Of a stretch of DNA of 64,000 nucleotides, positions 36,913 to 50,200 are shown piece after piece; positions within the stretch are counted from its first letter, which is position 1; every line of letters starts with the position of its first letter. Origin of the DNA: Haliotis rubra (lineage: Eukaryota); contig NW_025767002.1 of NCBI RefSeq assembly GCF_003918875.1, positions 3,410,001 through 3,474,000 of the forward strand. Direction: 5' to 3'. The notes under the pieces are model-generated. The model saw nothing but the letters and a program-made list of their open reading frames with translations, did not search any database and was not told the origin of the DNA. The position numbers and the translations under genes were made by a program.

Positions 36913-39424
36913 TCACACTTCACTGATGACATCCGGGCATGAGTGATTCATCAGTACGTCAGTGAATACGTCAACTTCCTCGCTGATACATCGGATGTCC
37001 GCTTCCAGTCGGGAGATGTCTCTCTGCAGCCAGGCAGTTTCCTGGACGAGGAAACCCAATAAGTTGTATTGCATTAAATATTATTAATATATTAAACATT
37101 ACATGATATGCTTACATAAACGAATGCTACCTTGTATACGCAATGATAAACAGATTCATTATCACATGTACATGTAGCTTTAACGCCGCCATGTCCTGCG
37201 CAGAGTTGCGTCCCTTGACCACGCGAGGATTCGGTGATCATGGTTTTGAATCCCAGACTAGGGAGGTTATGCCGTTTTGTTTGTTATAATAGTCACATTG
37301 TTAAACGCATGTCACTATTGTAGCTTTTGTCTGATCATGACACTTCGTAACTACTGTTTGAAGCTCTTAATAATGATAATAAATCATAATAATAATAAGT
37401 AGCCCATTTAGATTGCGCTACATCCACACCGACAGCATGCTCATAGCGCAGGACAGTTAATTATTACCTCGGATAACCCAAGCTGCGCAAGAAGGTTATA
37501 GTCACATGACTTATCCCACCGGGTACCCATTTTCTGCTGGGTCAACAGAGGCAATTTTGAACAAACTCACCTGCCTAAGGTGAAACCACATGTATCACAT
37601 ATGCTTCGTTGTGGGACAGGACTAACGTCCTAGTAACTCTCAGGAGTCAACGTTTCACTCATATAAGATACTCAACGGGCCAAAATGCTCTCAGTAATAC
37701 CGGACCCACCTGTTCCAAGACCGCTTGTCTGAACCTTCTTCTCCTTCTACTCATCTGTGCATGGTGGATGTTCCTTGCTTTGATGCGTTTTTGACTGTCC
37801 TGCTCTTTGCCGATATTCTGAAACACAGGGATAAGGTAGTCTCAGTACCAACATCAACAGGTAGTAGAGGGAGTGAATGAGTTTGCTTTTACGCCGCTTG
37901 TGGCAATACTCTAGCAGTATCACTCCGGGGAACACAAGAAAGGGCTTCACTCACCGTACCCATAAGAGAATCGGACCCAGTCATCGGCAAGACGAGCGAA
38001 CGCTTTAACCACTAGGCTAGCCCAGGTCGTAGATTATTATCAATACAAGAAAGCAGACCCACCTGGCTTACCTGAACGGCCTTCACTGATGTTCTGTTTC
38101 CGGTGCGTGGCCTCTTTCGCTTTGTAGCAGGTTGGGTCGACGTCACTCCGCTCACAGGGCCTTGGCGTCTGTCATGAAGATGCGGATCATCACCATCTTC
38201 GTCAAACATAGATACCCCATCAGCTATACGTTGGACAAACAGAGGAACAGCTAGTGCTCCCGTAGAGGTTGCATTTTCTCCATATACCTGGCCTACATCA
38301 GATATATCTGATACAGGACCTGGGTATGTCTGACAGACACGAGAAGAATCCCCTACGCCAGAAGTTGAAAGGACTTGTCCAGTTCTTCCAAGTCCTCTAT
38401 CAGATGAGCTCCCTGCACCAGGAGCGGAAGTGACATCACCGCCATTTGCCAGATCTTCAGGAACATTCGGTGGTGTCGATAGGGATGCAAAGTGACCTGA
38501 TTGATTTGGGGAAGTTATATTTGGACGTGTATCGCTTCCATTAAATCCCGTATCTGTTCCTTTTTCTCCTAATTTGACCTGGAGATGCTGATGGATGCAC
38601 TGGGTTCCGCCTTCAAGTAGCTGTAGAGCTGTGATGATGGCATCCAGAGCTTGTTGTTCATCGTTCTTGTAGAGCCCTTCCTACAGTGGCGACACAAAAA
38701 ATGTTGAGGACGATATTTAACATGTAAATGTTCCTGCGTCCTGCAAATGTATTCATTGCTAAGGGACTTATAACTGAGGACCTATAGTTACAATTTGATA
38801 TCATACAATTACATTGAGACCATCCAAAGTGTCCAGCGAACAATTATTTTTTAATGGACTCATTGGATCGAACAACCAATGTTCCGCTCTCCCGGAAGAC
38901 GCTCTATCCACTCGACCACGGAGGATTTACCATGATGATAGTGTTACATGCATTAAATGCAGTATGAAAACCTCGTATATCCGGCAACGAGCGACGAGTC
39001 AGTTCTTTAACAGAATTTCACATTCCCCAAACAGCGTATCCTGTTTCAAATCCTTTTCTAAAAAGTGTGACGCAGCGACCTCGATTAAAATAATTGTTCC
39101 ATATACTTTAAACATAGATAATTGTTGTATAATTAATTGAGAAAGTATACACTTGGCGTTTTGAGATTATTTAAATACAAAACCCAAAACAACGTAACTA
39201 TTTTGAAATGTGTTATTATGTACGTAGTCAAAATTAAAACACTTTTCAAAATATTTTCATCGTTTTTCTGGAAAATAATCAGTCTACGCTATCATTGTAT
39301 ACGTCAGTTTACTAATATAATGGTATGAAGCAAAGCGGTATGAAGTATTACGCAATGGAAGGGCTAACGTAATGCGCTGATACGGCATACATTATGAATT
39401 GATAATTATGTTGATACTTACCAT
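36913..39424 (-). CDS. bZIP gene copy 4, divergent Fos/ATF3-like transcription factor, about 282 aa
   Basis: Exons 39424-39422 (ATG|gtaagt; tentative), 38680-38072 (EGLYKNDE...KRKRPRTGNRTSVKAVQ|gtaagc, 203 open codons), 37817-37710 (108 nt, NIGKEQDSQKRIKARNIHHAQMSRRRRRFRQAVLEQ|gtgggt), 37041-36913 (ETAWLQRDISRLEADIRCISEEVDVFTDVLMNHSCPDVISEV*). Confidence 0.87.
37870..38022 (-). mobile_element. SINE family A in intron 2 of copy 4
   Basis: Diverged family consensus on the minus strand. Confidence 0.8.
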
Positions 39425-39550
39425 TGAAATGTGTTTGGTCGACAGTCGAGGTGTAGCAGAGGTAAAATGTGTCGTTGTACCGATCAGCGTATAGGACATA
39501 TGGATAAGTAAACTGTTAAATCTTGAAGCTTTGTAGTGACATCCGTCATG

Positions 39551-39592
39551 CTTATATTTAGAATAACATACGACTTAGTGTCACATGAGTCA
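39551..39592 (-). promoter_or_regulatory. Candidate copy 4 core promoter: TATA-like TAAATATAAG with an AP-1 site just upstream
   Basis: CTTATATTTA at 39551-39560 and TGAGTCA at 39586-39592; GGAAATTTCC (kB-like) at 40133-40142. Confidence 0.4.
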
Positions 39593-40631
39593 GTTGCACA
39601 TGTGTTTAATACAGTTTTGAACATACATTTTATCTTTAAATAATTTTGATATAAGTTTGACATATCCACGCAACCAGCAACGCACGTACGCACGTACGCA
39701 CACACGCACCAGATTCTTTTAAATGATCTGTTCCAACTGAAGCAGCGTTTTATTTCATTCTTGATTTTAATAGCTTTTCAGTGTAAGAAAAGTAGTTCTA
39801 TGGTTGTTAAGGCCTTATTAGGCTGAAAAGTGTGTTCACAAAATATGGCCCCTGTATTGCAGATGATCGTTGACGTTCAACTCCCAAGCCTACGCAGTGA
39901 GTGAGTGAGTTTAGTTTACGCCGCATTCTGCAATATTCCAGCTATATGCGCGCGGGCAATCCTACCCAAATACCAACTGGTTGTAAAAGAATGATCCTAT
40001 GGTATTTCTATTTCTCTTTTTCTGATTAGACGGAAAATATTAATATAACATAGTGTGCAGAATTCAACGACATATGTGTTACAGTGATTAAAATTCCGAT
40101 CATTCTTCCGGGTTCAACTTGACCTCAGTTTAGGAAATTTCCGCCAAGTTTGTTATGCAGAAAATGACCAGTGGGGGTGGTTACCTTAAGCGATGTGGTT
40201 ATTGTGAGATTTCATGGTATTAAGAAGTATAATTCAAGCGTTTTATTAAAAACCACTTGTTCAAATAGAGTTAAATAAAACTCATATGAGATGATTCGAT
40301 CTCTCAGAACAACCGTTGGGGGTACAAGAGGACTGACATAATGTTCTATATACTATTCAAAAACCGAAACGCATAATCCAGAAATCTGTTGCGAAAATGT
40401 TGTATTTTCAAACATGCATAACTCGTCCTCAAATAGACTTTAGTACATGAATTTTTACTTTAGTTTAGCAGAAGGAAATGTCTATACAACCAAATAGATA
40501 ATTTAAGATAACGTAGACGCTGCGCGCACAGTCGAATCTCTCTCAACCTGTTCCGTACAGTTTGACGGGATATCTTCATTATTCCAGGCACTTTTCATTA
40601 TTACTGTTATGAACAACAATGCGCTGAAATG

Positions 40632-40880
40632 AGTGAGTGAATGAGTGTAGTTTTACGCCTCACCCAGTAATATTCCAGCTATATGGCGTCGATCTGTAAA
40701 TAATCGAGTCTGGACCAGACAATCCAAGGATCAACAGCATGAACATCGATCTACGCAATTTGGATACGATGACACGTGTTAACCAAGTCAGCGAGTCTGA
40801 CCAACGTACCGATCCCGTTAGTCGCCTCTTACGACAAACATGAGTTGCTGAAGATCAGTTCTAAACTGGACCTTTACAGG
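40632..40880 (-). mobile_element. SINE family B, near full length
   Basis: Reverse complement of the family B consensus including GTCGCCTCTTACGAC. Confidence 0.85.
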
Positions 40881-42299
40881 TAGCTGATTTGAATGTTTTA
40901 GAAGAGCTCAAGACTGGTTTCAGATTTGGAGAGTAGCGACAGTTGTTTAAATCGGCATTGATTGGTTGTGGCTCCGAAAATACTTCACAAAATATACATG
41001 GATGTTTTCTTCTCTGTTACCTGGCAGGTTTAGTTAGGCGTTGTTATCCAATGGTAAGGAGCATTAACAAGGATATTTGCCTTAAGAGGAGAATGGATTT
41101 AGTTGTGATAAAACTGCATTGAGCGCTCATATACTTGCATGATATTATAGTTGTCAGTCTATTTCTGTTCTGTTGATGTATAGGAAGAAATAAATGAAAA
41201 ATTAAACAAAATATGAATATGACAGAGAATATATACTTCTCTATTATCATCGTGTCGAGAATCCATTGGGCGTGAAAGGCAAACTAGTTTTATGAATGGA
41301 TGACATCGATGGCACTGGGTGTTAGTCATGGGGGTCAGCATGACGTGCTAGAGACCGGAAGCAGTCCGCATTTCTTCATGATAAAAACTGACGTCTGTTG
41401 TTGTACGTGACAAACTCGTTCAAGATAAACGCTGAAATATAACACATCAACGACAGCAAAGAACCTGTGTCATATATCCGAGGAAACGATTCCATTTCGT
41501 TAAAATATTAAAAAACCCGCGGTGACAATCCTATGAAATTTAATACAGAAGGATGACTGCAACTTTCAAACAGCTATCGTTCATATAATGTCCCTAAATA
41601 TACAAGCAATTCCAGCCTATGGTGTCCACGTTGGGTATCTTCCAATTGGCAGACACCCAACTGACAGTCGACTGACAGACACTGATTTAGAAGGTTAATT
41701 AGGGTAACACCTACGGATATAATTGTATCAGATAAATGCTCTGCTTAATGTGCCAAGGATGTCATGATAATGACCAGTAAGCATTACATGTTATGTGCAA
41801 ATTATATGTTATGTACAAATATTATATTTTAGGGAAATGTTTTAGAAATGCAGTGGACGTGATCAACATAGTACCATATTTACTATTTATTTTTTTTATC
41901 TCTGTTGAACTTGTAATAAATATGCTGAATGAACATAACGTCTTTGATTCCATTGGACTGATCCATTATAAGAAATTGGTATCAGCTTGAGGATTAGTTG
42001 TGCACTGAACCAGAAATGTTGTTGTTTTAAGCTGTGTTAGATATGGCTGTCTAAGTTTTGTGAGGGTACCTATGGAACAGTCCCCTGTCTAGTGAGTAGA
42101 TTAGGGTGAGCGTGAATAGGTTCGTTACCGAGAAGTTTGATTGTGTGTTAACAGAACTTTGTTGTGATTAAGTAATTATCTGTCTTCTCAAAATATTTTT
42201 TTACTATCAATTTAAATATTTTATTTTAGTCATTCAAGAAAAGGATTTAGGACAAGTTATCGAACTTAAATTCATGTTATATCAATGTACACAAGTGAC

Positions 42300-43140
42300 A
42301 TACATGGGCTAGGATATGTACAAGAGAAGTTCACTGAGGAAACGTTTTGTTTGAGAGATATAGATGTGTGCATATTTGAAACATTCTTATTTTCAGTAAC
42401 TGAGAGACCTGCATTGCCATGTAATATAAGATTAATCAGTGTCATACTTTAAACAATATTTTCTAAAGATTTTAACAGTTTATGTGTTTGAATAGTATAC
42501 AATGGACATTCAAAGAAGTAATGAAAAACATTCTCACATCCATGGCCACACTGACATGATGCGTCATTTTTCACATTTATTCTAAATAAATCAAAATTAA
42601 GTGTACTCGTCATATATCTTAATCTTGTGTGCAAAAAGTTTAACTTCCTAATTCTATATGAATAATATTTAGATGCACAATTTTCTTTCACGTGGATATG
42701 ATTTAAATGATGCAACAGAGTCGCAATTTATAATAGCTAAGGTTATATTATTCCACATTTTAACTGCTGATGTAATAAAAGATGATGTTGAATACCTCAG
42801 TCTTGTACATGGTTGGCTAAAATTATCGGAGTTTTTAACTCATAACATGTCCGGTTGCCTACTACAGGTGACAGTAAATCCTAAGAAAAACTGTTTTTGT
42901 TCTATTTAGTATGAACTTTATAATTTCTGAAATGCTCCAATCATTTTAGATGTCATTTTGACAATGTTTTCAATATGATGATGCCAACTCCCGTAAGACG
43001 ATAAAGTTAAACCTAAATGTTTATGAAAATCATCTGTTTTCATATTGCAGCAATCAAAATTCAGATTAATGTCTTTTCGGCCATCTTTCAAAGTAAATAA
43101 TATAGCTTCAGTTTTTTCTTGTGTTATTATTTGCACTTTT
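42300..43140 (-). mobile_element. Degenerate CR1-type LINE 3' fragment
   Basis: HKHLGLTLSSYGSWHHHIENIVK and LHTRLRY...CQCGHGCENVFHYFFECPLY C-terminal motifs. Confidence 0.82.
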
Positions 43141-43932
43141 CAAATATAGCATGTAGGTAGTAGCTAGTCTGTTCACTGAACCGTAAAATGTTGTTGTTGT
43201 CTGTCTGTGTAATGGGAGGATACCTCCATGTTTCATGACTTTAAGATGCAATCAATTATGCTTTTTCTCCAAGAGTTGTTGACTCAAAACTTTTTTGTAT
43301 CAAGGTTACAACCATGACCATATTTGAGTTTTCACACTCTTTTTATTTTAGACATGCGCAGGACGCTCCAAATGTGACTCATAGTCACTCTACCATATAT
43401 TCTCGTATTATTTCAGGTGAACAGTGACATAATCACTATTGTATGATGGACACTTTTAGCGGATATTAGGCCATATGGACGTATTTTCTATTTCTGTATG
43501 AACAGATCATGTCGTGAAGGTTGAACTGATTTACTTGTGACTCATTTAATGATTAACATGGTGTACAACAAGGGTACTAACTTCCACCGACCCTCTTCTC
43601 TATTTATTCAGATGACGTAGTGACTTCGACGATTTATGTATGGTATTACTGAACATTTCTATATGCTATCGTATGTGTTGCTAGTGATATTGCCTTGCTT
43701 GCCTCGGATGAAAATTCACTTCCGTATGTTCTGTAAGTGTCAGGAGTGGCGTCTTGATAAAACACATAAATTAAATGCTTCATTTGTTTGATGTTTCGGT
43801 GCGTCGAGTCTGTTGTCTTCTGATTAGCACTGATTATGAGTCTGTTTCAAATGATACGGCCCTAAAAATAGCCATCCCATGAAAAAACAGAGCAACAGAA
43901 TTTCTGTGCTATATGCTCTTCATATGGATACT

Positions 43933-44097
43933 GTGAGTGAGTGAGTTTAGTTTTACGCCGCTTGTAGCAATATTCCAGCAATATCACGGCGGGGGATACC
44001 GGAAATGGGCTTCACACATTGTACCCATGTGGGGAATCGAACCCGGGTTTCGGCGTGACGAGCCAACGCTTTAACCACTAGGCTACACCACCGCCCC
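43933..44097 (-). mobile_element. SINE family A, full length
   Basis: Near-consensus copy with (GTGA)n tail. Confidence 0.92.
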
Positions 44098-45279
44098 TGA
44101 ATGGCGGAGAACAAGCCTACAAAACATCCGTCGTGGAACTTACATAAGCAGCCCGTGTTTATTACGCGATGCTACCAGCGGGAAACAATGGTAAGGTTCG
44201 CTGACTTACTTCATGCGTGTCATTATATACCACTTGTATTGATCGATGCTCATGATGTCAGTCACTGGATTGCCTGCTGAAGACTCAGTTATGTGTAGAC
44301 CGCCTTTTATTGCTGGAATAGTGTGGTGTTAAACAACAACCACAAACACTCTGTGTTTCTAATCTCATACTCAACTGCAAATAAACCTGCGCACATATCC
44401 GTGTTAAAAAAAATACAATACAGAACTATTTCGAATAGTTTTAGTATTTCCCTTTATTCAGATATTAACTATCCTGCTTTAACTGATACAGAAAATGATT
44501 TCCTACTTAAACTAAATCACATATATCTCTATAATACATTTTATGAACAGCAACTTTCATCCTAATTGCTTATTCAATAACTAGGTCTTGCACAACGGAT
44601 CACATGGTCTGTCCGTCAACACAAAACAATTTCAGTGATATGGCTGTCTTAAAGGGGCTCGCTACCACTGAGTCCCGTGGACAGGGAGTGTTCTGCATGC
44701 CGTGAGAAAGACCGAGCCGTAGCCCGATTTAACTGCCATTTACACAGACATCATGAAGTCTGTGTCGGGAGAGAGGCAAAGGATTTTAAGGACGCATGAT
44801 TTGTTACCCAAGTCTTATCAACCCCCTTACCCCCCACAAGAAAAAAATCAACACCCCACCACCCCTCAAGCCGTCCTTCAAGAGGCACAGAGGCAACATA
44901 TTTTCACTGAACGCGGGACAAAACGCAAGATGGCCGACTTTTCATGACTCATACACTGGGTCACGACAACCTGGCAGCAGCTGAATACGTGAGCATCCAG
45001 ATCTTGGCCCGGTTGCGTTGTCATGGCAATAATGACGTCACGACCCCAGGTCACCCGGCTTGATGTTTCAAATACCAGCAAATATTAGGTAGCGGAAATG
45101 ACCTGACATAACCTAATCACTTGAAATAGAGGTTTTGTTTCAAGGGAATAAAGTAACAGATAGACCATTGTTAAGAGAAATGTTGGGAGAATATGTAAAA
45201 CGGCGCCGCCAGAAGAGCGTATGATCTATGTTTGACAACGGGGCCTGATTCAGAAGGTCGACAGGCGACACAGGTAATT

Positions 45280-47224
45280 TCATGTAGGCGGAGTATCACG
45301 GGGAGGTCGAAGAAGACACTCGTGGCGACGGAGAACGTCCTCCAGGACCTGGATTTGTCCACGGCTGTTGGCGATCTCGTCCTTCAGAAGGGCGTTCTCC
45401 GTCTCATATCCGGCGATCTCCTGGATAAACACAAAACGAAATCATTGGCGAGTTAGTGGTGCTGAACGTTTATTGCTCAACTTGATTTCAGTGTTTTCAA
45501 CTGCAATGGGCTTTATAGTTTGGGTGACTACATTGACTTACTATTCAAGCAGTCATAAGGGCGTATTAAACGAGCAGTGTTATTACCGAGGTTCGGGTTT
45601 CCTGGATGTACTACTATGACGTTCATGTTGGGAGACAATGGTTACTATAGAAACGAGGACCTATCCCTTTTCATATGTCCACTTTGCACAGAAAGACATC
45701 CATGACGTCATGTACATCACTTAATCATCTCTGTTTTGAGGACAATGGAATAGTTTTAAACTATAAGAATTTCTTTACCATGTCAATGTTCTCGATACTA
45801 TTGTATAGATCATCCAGAACATCTCACAAGTACGTAAGCTAATAATTATAGATATATGTTTCCCATTTGAGAACAAATAATGCTCATTGAAGGAGTGTTC
45901 GTTGTGGTATTGCACCACAGTCTATGTTGGCCCTAGACAGTCGATAGACGCATAAATTACGCGGACTACAAAAAAATATTTTAAAATGTTTTGCTAACTT
46001 CAGAAATGACCGATTATTGAATGGTTGCTACTGATATAAAGGCTTGAGATACTGCTTTCCAGTCGTCTTATTCTTTATGTATTCACACCTCCCATAACCT
46101 ATTTACCATACATCCTCACTACCTCATGCATTCCTGCTTCCTCTCGATAGAAGATGTTTATATATAGAATATATACAGCAAACCCTCGTTAACACGAGTT
46201 CTTGTGGAACTGTCCGGGTTACCCAATTCTGGGTTAACAATTGCATATACACGCAGAAGCTTTCGAACTAATTGGTTCTGGAATAATCGGGTTTTACGAT
46301 ATTAAATATGTTTAAATTACCTCTTGCAACAGTTGTTCCCTCTCCTTCTTCCTAATACGACTCATGGTGGCGTGGTGCTTGTTTTTCTTCTTGACTTTTT
46401 CTCGTTTGTCCATTTCCCCTGCTGTCATCTGAAAAACGTACATGAACATTCCGTTTACAATCGAGTCTGAACCAGATAATCCAGTGATTAACATCCTGGG
46501 TGAAATATAAGAAGTTATTCTGGTACGAGCATGTGACAGATTAAAAAAAGTGTCAGTTTTATAAAAGACATTCTTGCCCAATGTTTAGCCCATGAACAAT
46601 GTTCATCAAACTTAAAAAACAAGTCTCCTATTGGGTGGAATATACGAAGTTATTCCTGGTACGAACATGTGACAGATGCAAAAACGTGTCAGTTTTAAAA
46701 CGACAAATGTTTATCCCAAGGACAACGGTCCTCAAATTTGAAAAACAAGTCTACTATTGGATAAAAATATGAGACGTTAATTATTCCTGGCATGAGCATG
46801 TAGCAGATAGTTACCTCAGGTGGTGGTTTCGGCTGACTCGACACAGTAAGGTTGGGTCGCCTCAACTTGATTTTGGTGTTGAGTTCCAGCTTGATTAGGG
46901 GCATAAAGCTGTGACATTCGCTTGTGGCAACCATGGCCTTGGCAACCGCAGGGTCAAGACCATTGTCCAGGGGGTCAACCATATTCAGGTGATCGTCCTG
47001 GGGCATCACCATATATAGGTGATCGCATCACCATTTCAGGTGACTCAGATTCATCATCCATTATATATAGGTGAGGCTCAGACATCATCCTGGGACTCGG
47101 GCAAAACCATGTTTAGGTCATCGTCCTGGGGGTCCGACCTCAACATATCCAGACCCACGTCCTGGGGGCCGGGCACAACCATATTCAGACCAGAAACATC
47201 CAGGGGATTATTTGAATGGTCCAT
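45280..47224 (-). CDS. bZIP gene copy 5, ATF3-like; 5' part disrupted (stop and frameshift at about 47013-47082) or translated from the ATG at 47012
   Basis: Exon 47224 (or 47012) to 46815 (...MPLIKLELNTKIKLRRPNLTVSSQPKPPPE|gtaact), 46428-46321 (108 nt, MTAGEMDKREKVKKKNKHHATMSRIRKKEREQLLQE|gtaatt), 45420-45280 (EIAGYETENALLKDEIANSRGQIQVLEDVLRRHECLLRPPRDTPPT*). Confidence 0.82.
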
Positions 47225-50200
47225 GATGGAGAACTGTTCGCGTCACGAGCCTGGATGTCTTCAATAAAACGTGAGATATAAATCGTTAATAAAGTGTTTC
47301 AATTCAAATACCCTCTACCGAAGAATGACAGCTCGGTAGCAATGAAACCAATTTGAAGTCGAAGATTAATATGCATCTCTTCAACCAATCAGAAGCTCTC
47401 ATTGTCACCTGACAGCATTACTCACATTTCGACTTGAGTTCACACTTACATATCACTCACGCTTTATGAATTAAATTGTGCAATTCCTGGCAAAGTTCCC
47501 ATGCACAACATATATAATATATTTTTATATACTGTCTTATGTCAATGAACCTTAGAAGATATTGGTCTTGCAAAGATAGTTTCTACCTTTTAGCTATCAA
47601 TATATGAATTGCGTTCCGTAAATGTTACCCTAACTTAGACGCACAATCGCCGACCGGTTTTCCCCACCACGTGCCTTGTCTTTCGAGCCCTCGCAACTTG
47701 GCTTTCCCCGACCTTGACCTACATGCTGGGTACATGACTGCCTTCACAGGAGCTATGGCCGCTCCCAATGTGACACGCTTGCATCGAACAGTTTTGTTAA
47801 CTCATACGCTATGTAATGGAATTCCCAGCTATCAACGGTTATATGTACAATAATCATACAGGTTCGTGACATGCGAGATGTAATAGCTAGAAATGGTGTT
47901 AATACAATTAGGCCGCTCGGCTGTTTGTTTGATGTTGTATCACCTTCTGTAAGTAGGGGATCCGCTACTTAATTGTTTTCACGGATAATTTACAGTTATT
48001 TTCTGTGAAACTTCATAGAAACTGGTTGCTCCCAGCTTAAGAAATAATCAGCTGAACATATCCAATCAATGCCCACCTTCTGCAATTGCAAATTCTTCTC
48101 CACGATGGGCTGTGCTTTGAAGTCTCGCCCGTTGAACTGAGGACAGCACCTCCCACCTATTTGATGCACGACGCGTTGAATGTCAGGTCGTCGTTGTCTC
48201 GGGAGCATGTGTACTGCACACTGTTCTTGTAATCTATAAATGCTTACACGTGTGTTAGGTCAAGCGATACTTGTTAGGGCAGCATTTTTATTTCTGTGTT
48301 TTTCACCGACCGACCGACCGACCCCCGTAGAAAGCTTTATGTTTCATTCCAACACAGCCGACTCGAACCTTAAATGTACCGCTTCGTCATATAACATGTA
48401 TATCTTTTAATCAGTCGCTGCCACAAGTCCAAAGAACCATGGTAATCCTTACTGGAGAGATGTTTTATCTTCTTGGAGGATATTCTGTAAGAAAATTACT
48501 TTTGTGGAAAATGATGTAGACCAAATCCGGAACTTTTGGTTATAAAGTTGAAGAACTCCTCAATGATAACCTCCAAACTGCTATATTGAAAGGTTTATTG
48601 CAATGAAAAATAATACGTTTAGTTGTTTTACTAGGAAATGGCACTATTTAAATACCGTACGCTGACATTGTAACTTAGCACACATGCAAGTTGACTTACT
48701 CACAGTATTATGTCCAATACAGTTATAGCACTTTCACCCAGCTCCCGTCTATCTATAGATGTACACCCTCATATGTGTATACAATTCTGTACTGACTTGA
48801 TGATGTTACTGCCAACACATGGCACTCGTCTGTCTGTACATGCAGCTTTAAATGGAATAATAAAAAAAGTCCAAAGAACGCGAGAAATTGAATGAGAATT
48901 ACAATACATGAGAATCAGGACATTATTCAGGTAATTTTGTCTGTAAAGTTTTTTGCTATGTTTTGTTTGTTTTGTTGTTTTTTTCCCCGACCAACCGACC
49001 CATGTTCAGAATTTAGTGGTTACGTGAAACACATAAAATAATTATGCCCTTACACCAAATGCAGTGGAAAATTACTGTATGAAATAAAAATAGACAATGA
49101 CTTCCAGTCTCGCAGACATGATTGACCGAGAAAGGTTTAACCCACAAATTTGCTACTTGATCCTTGTCCGCTCCTTTCTTAAAAGGATTTAATTCCGAGA
49201 TGAAAAACTACAAATTATTATGAAGTTGATTTGTGTTGTAGTTTCTCTGTACATAGAGATTGGTACTTTTGCCTCTAATGAAATCGAAATTTGACATAAT
49301 AATTGATCAAATTCTGAATAAACTTACATAGTAATAGGTATTACTGTAACAGTTGTACTTCTGCCTCATCTCGTTATGATCGTTAAAAACATTTTGTGGA
49401 AAAGGTGATATTGATAATAGGTTGATGTGAAAGATGGGGCCTACAGACATATGTGATTGGGATCATAATAAGTTCATGTCTGAAAAGAAAGAAACAAAGA
49501 AAGAAAAAAGGACATACAGACATACGTGAATATCACACTTGATCACAGAATAAGAAACATTTGCCATATTTACCTGAAGTTTACATTAACCCTGATTTTG
49601 TCGGTCAAGATATATCGTTTATCAGAATCGGAAAATCCAGTGTTTGATATTTTGGTATTGTTTTAGGTTTGTGGAAAGAGACTGGAATAATCCCCCATTC
49701 TGTCCCAGTCAACTGTCATCCAAGCCTGGTGACTCTACACGATCAGACAGACAGATTGCTTATTAAAGTGTCACCTTGTTACAATAGACATTAAAATTCT
49801 AAAACATACATCAACAGATTAAATGTAACAAGCCACTCTATGTGAGAGTTATGAGAGACAGTCATGGTAAAAATACATAATTAATCACAAGAGCTAGTAA
49901 ATGTATCACAGTAGCAAATAAGATACAAAATTCACAAATCACATATATTTATGTTAATGCGGGTAAATTACGCCATACAATTTTTTTAATGTGTTATAAG
50001 GAAATTAACATATATACAGAGTAAAAGGGTAAAATANNNNNNNNNNNNNNNNNNNNNNNNNNNNNNNNNNNNNNNNNNNNNNNNNNNNNNNNNNNNNNNN
50101 NNNNNNNNNNNNNNNNNNNNNNNNNNNNNNNNNNNNNNNNNNNNNNNNNNNNNNNNNNNNNNNNNNNNNNNNNNNNNNNNNNNNNNNNNNNATGATTCTA

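Noticed and set aside
38929-38933. Alternative ATG|gtaaat first exon for copy 4
   Set aside because: Weaker donor, adjacent to a tRNA-like repeat fragment; the ATG|gtaagt at 39424 has better donor and promoter context, though this alternative is not excluded
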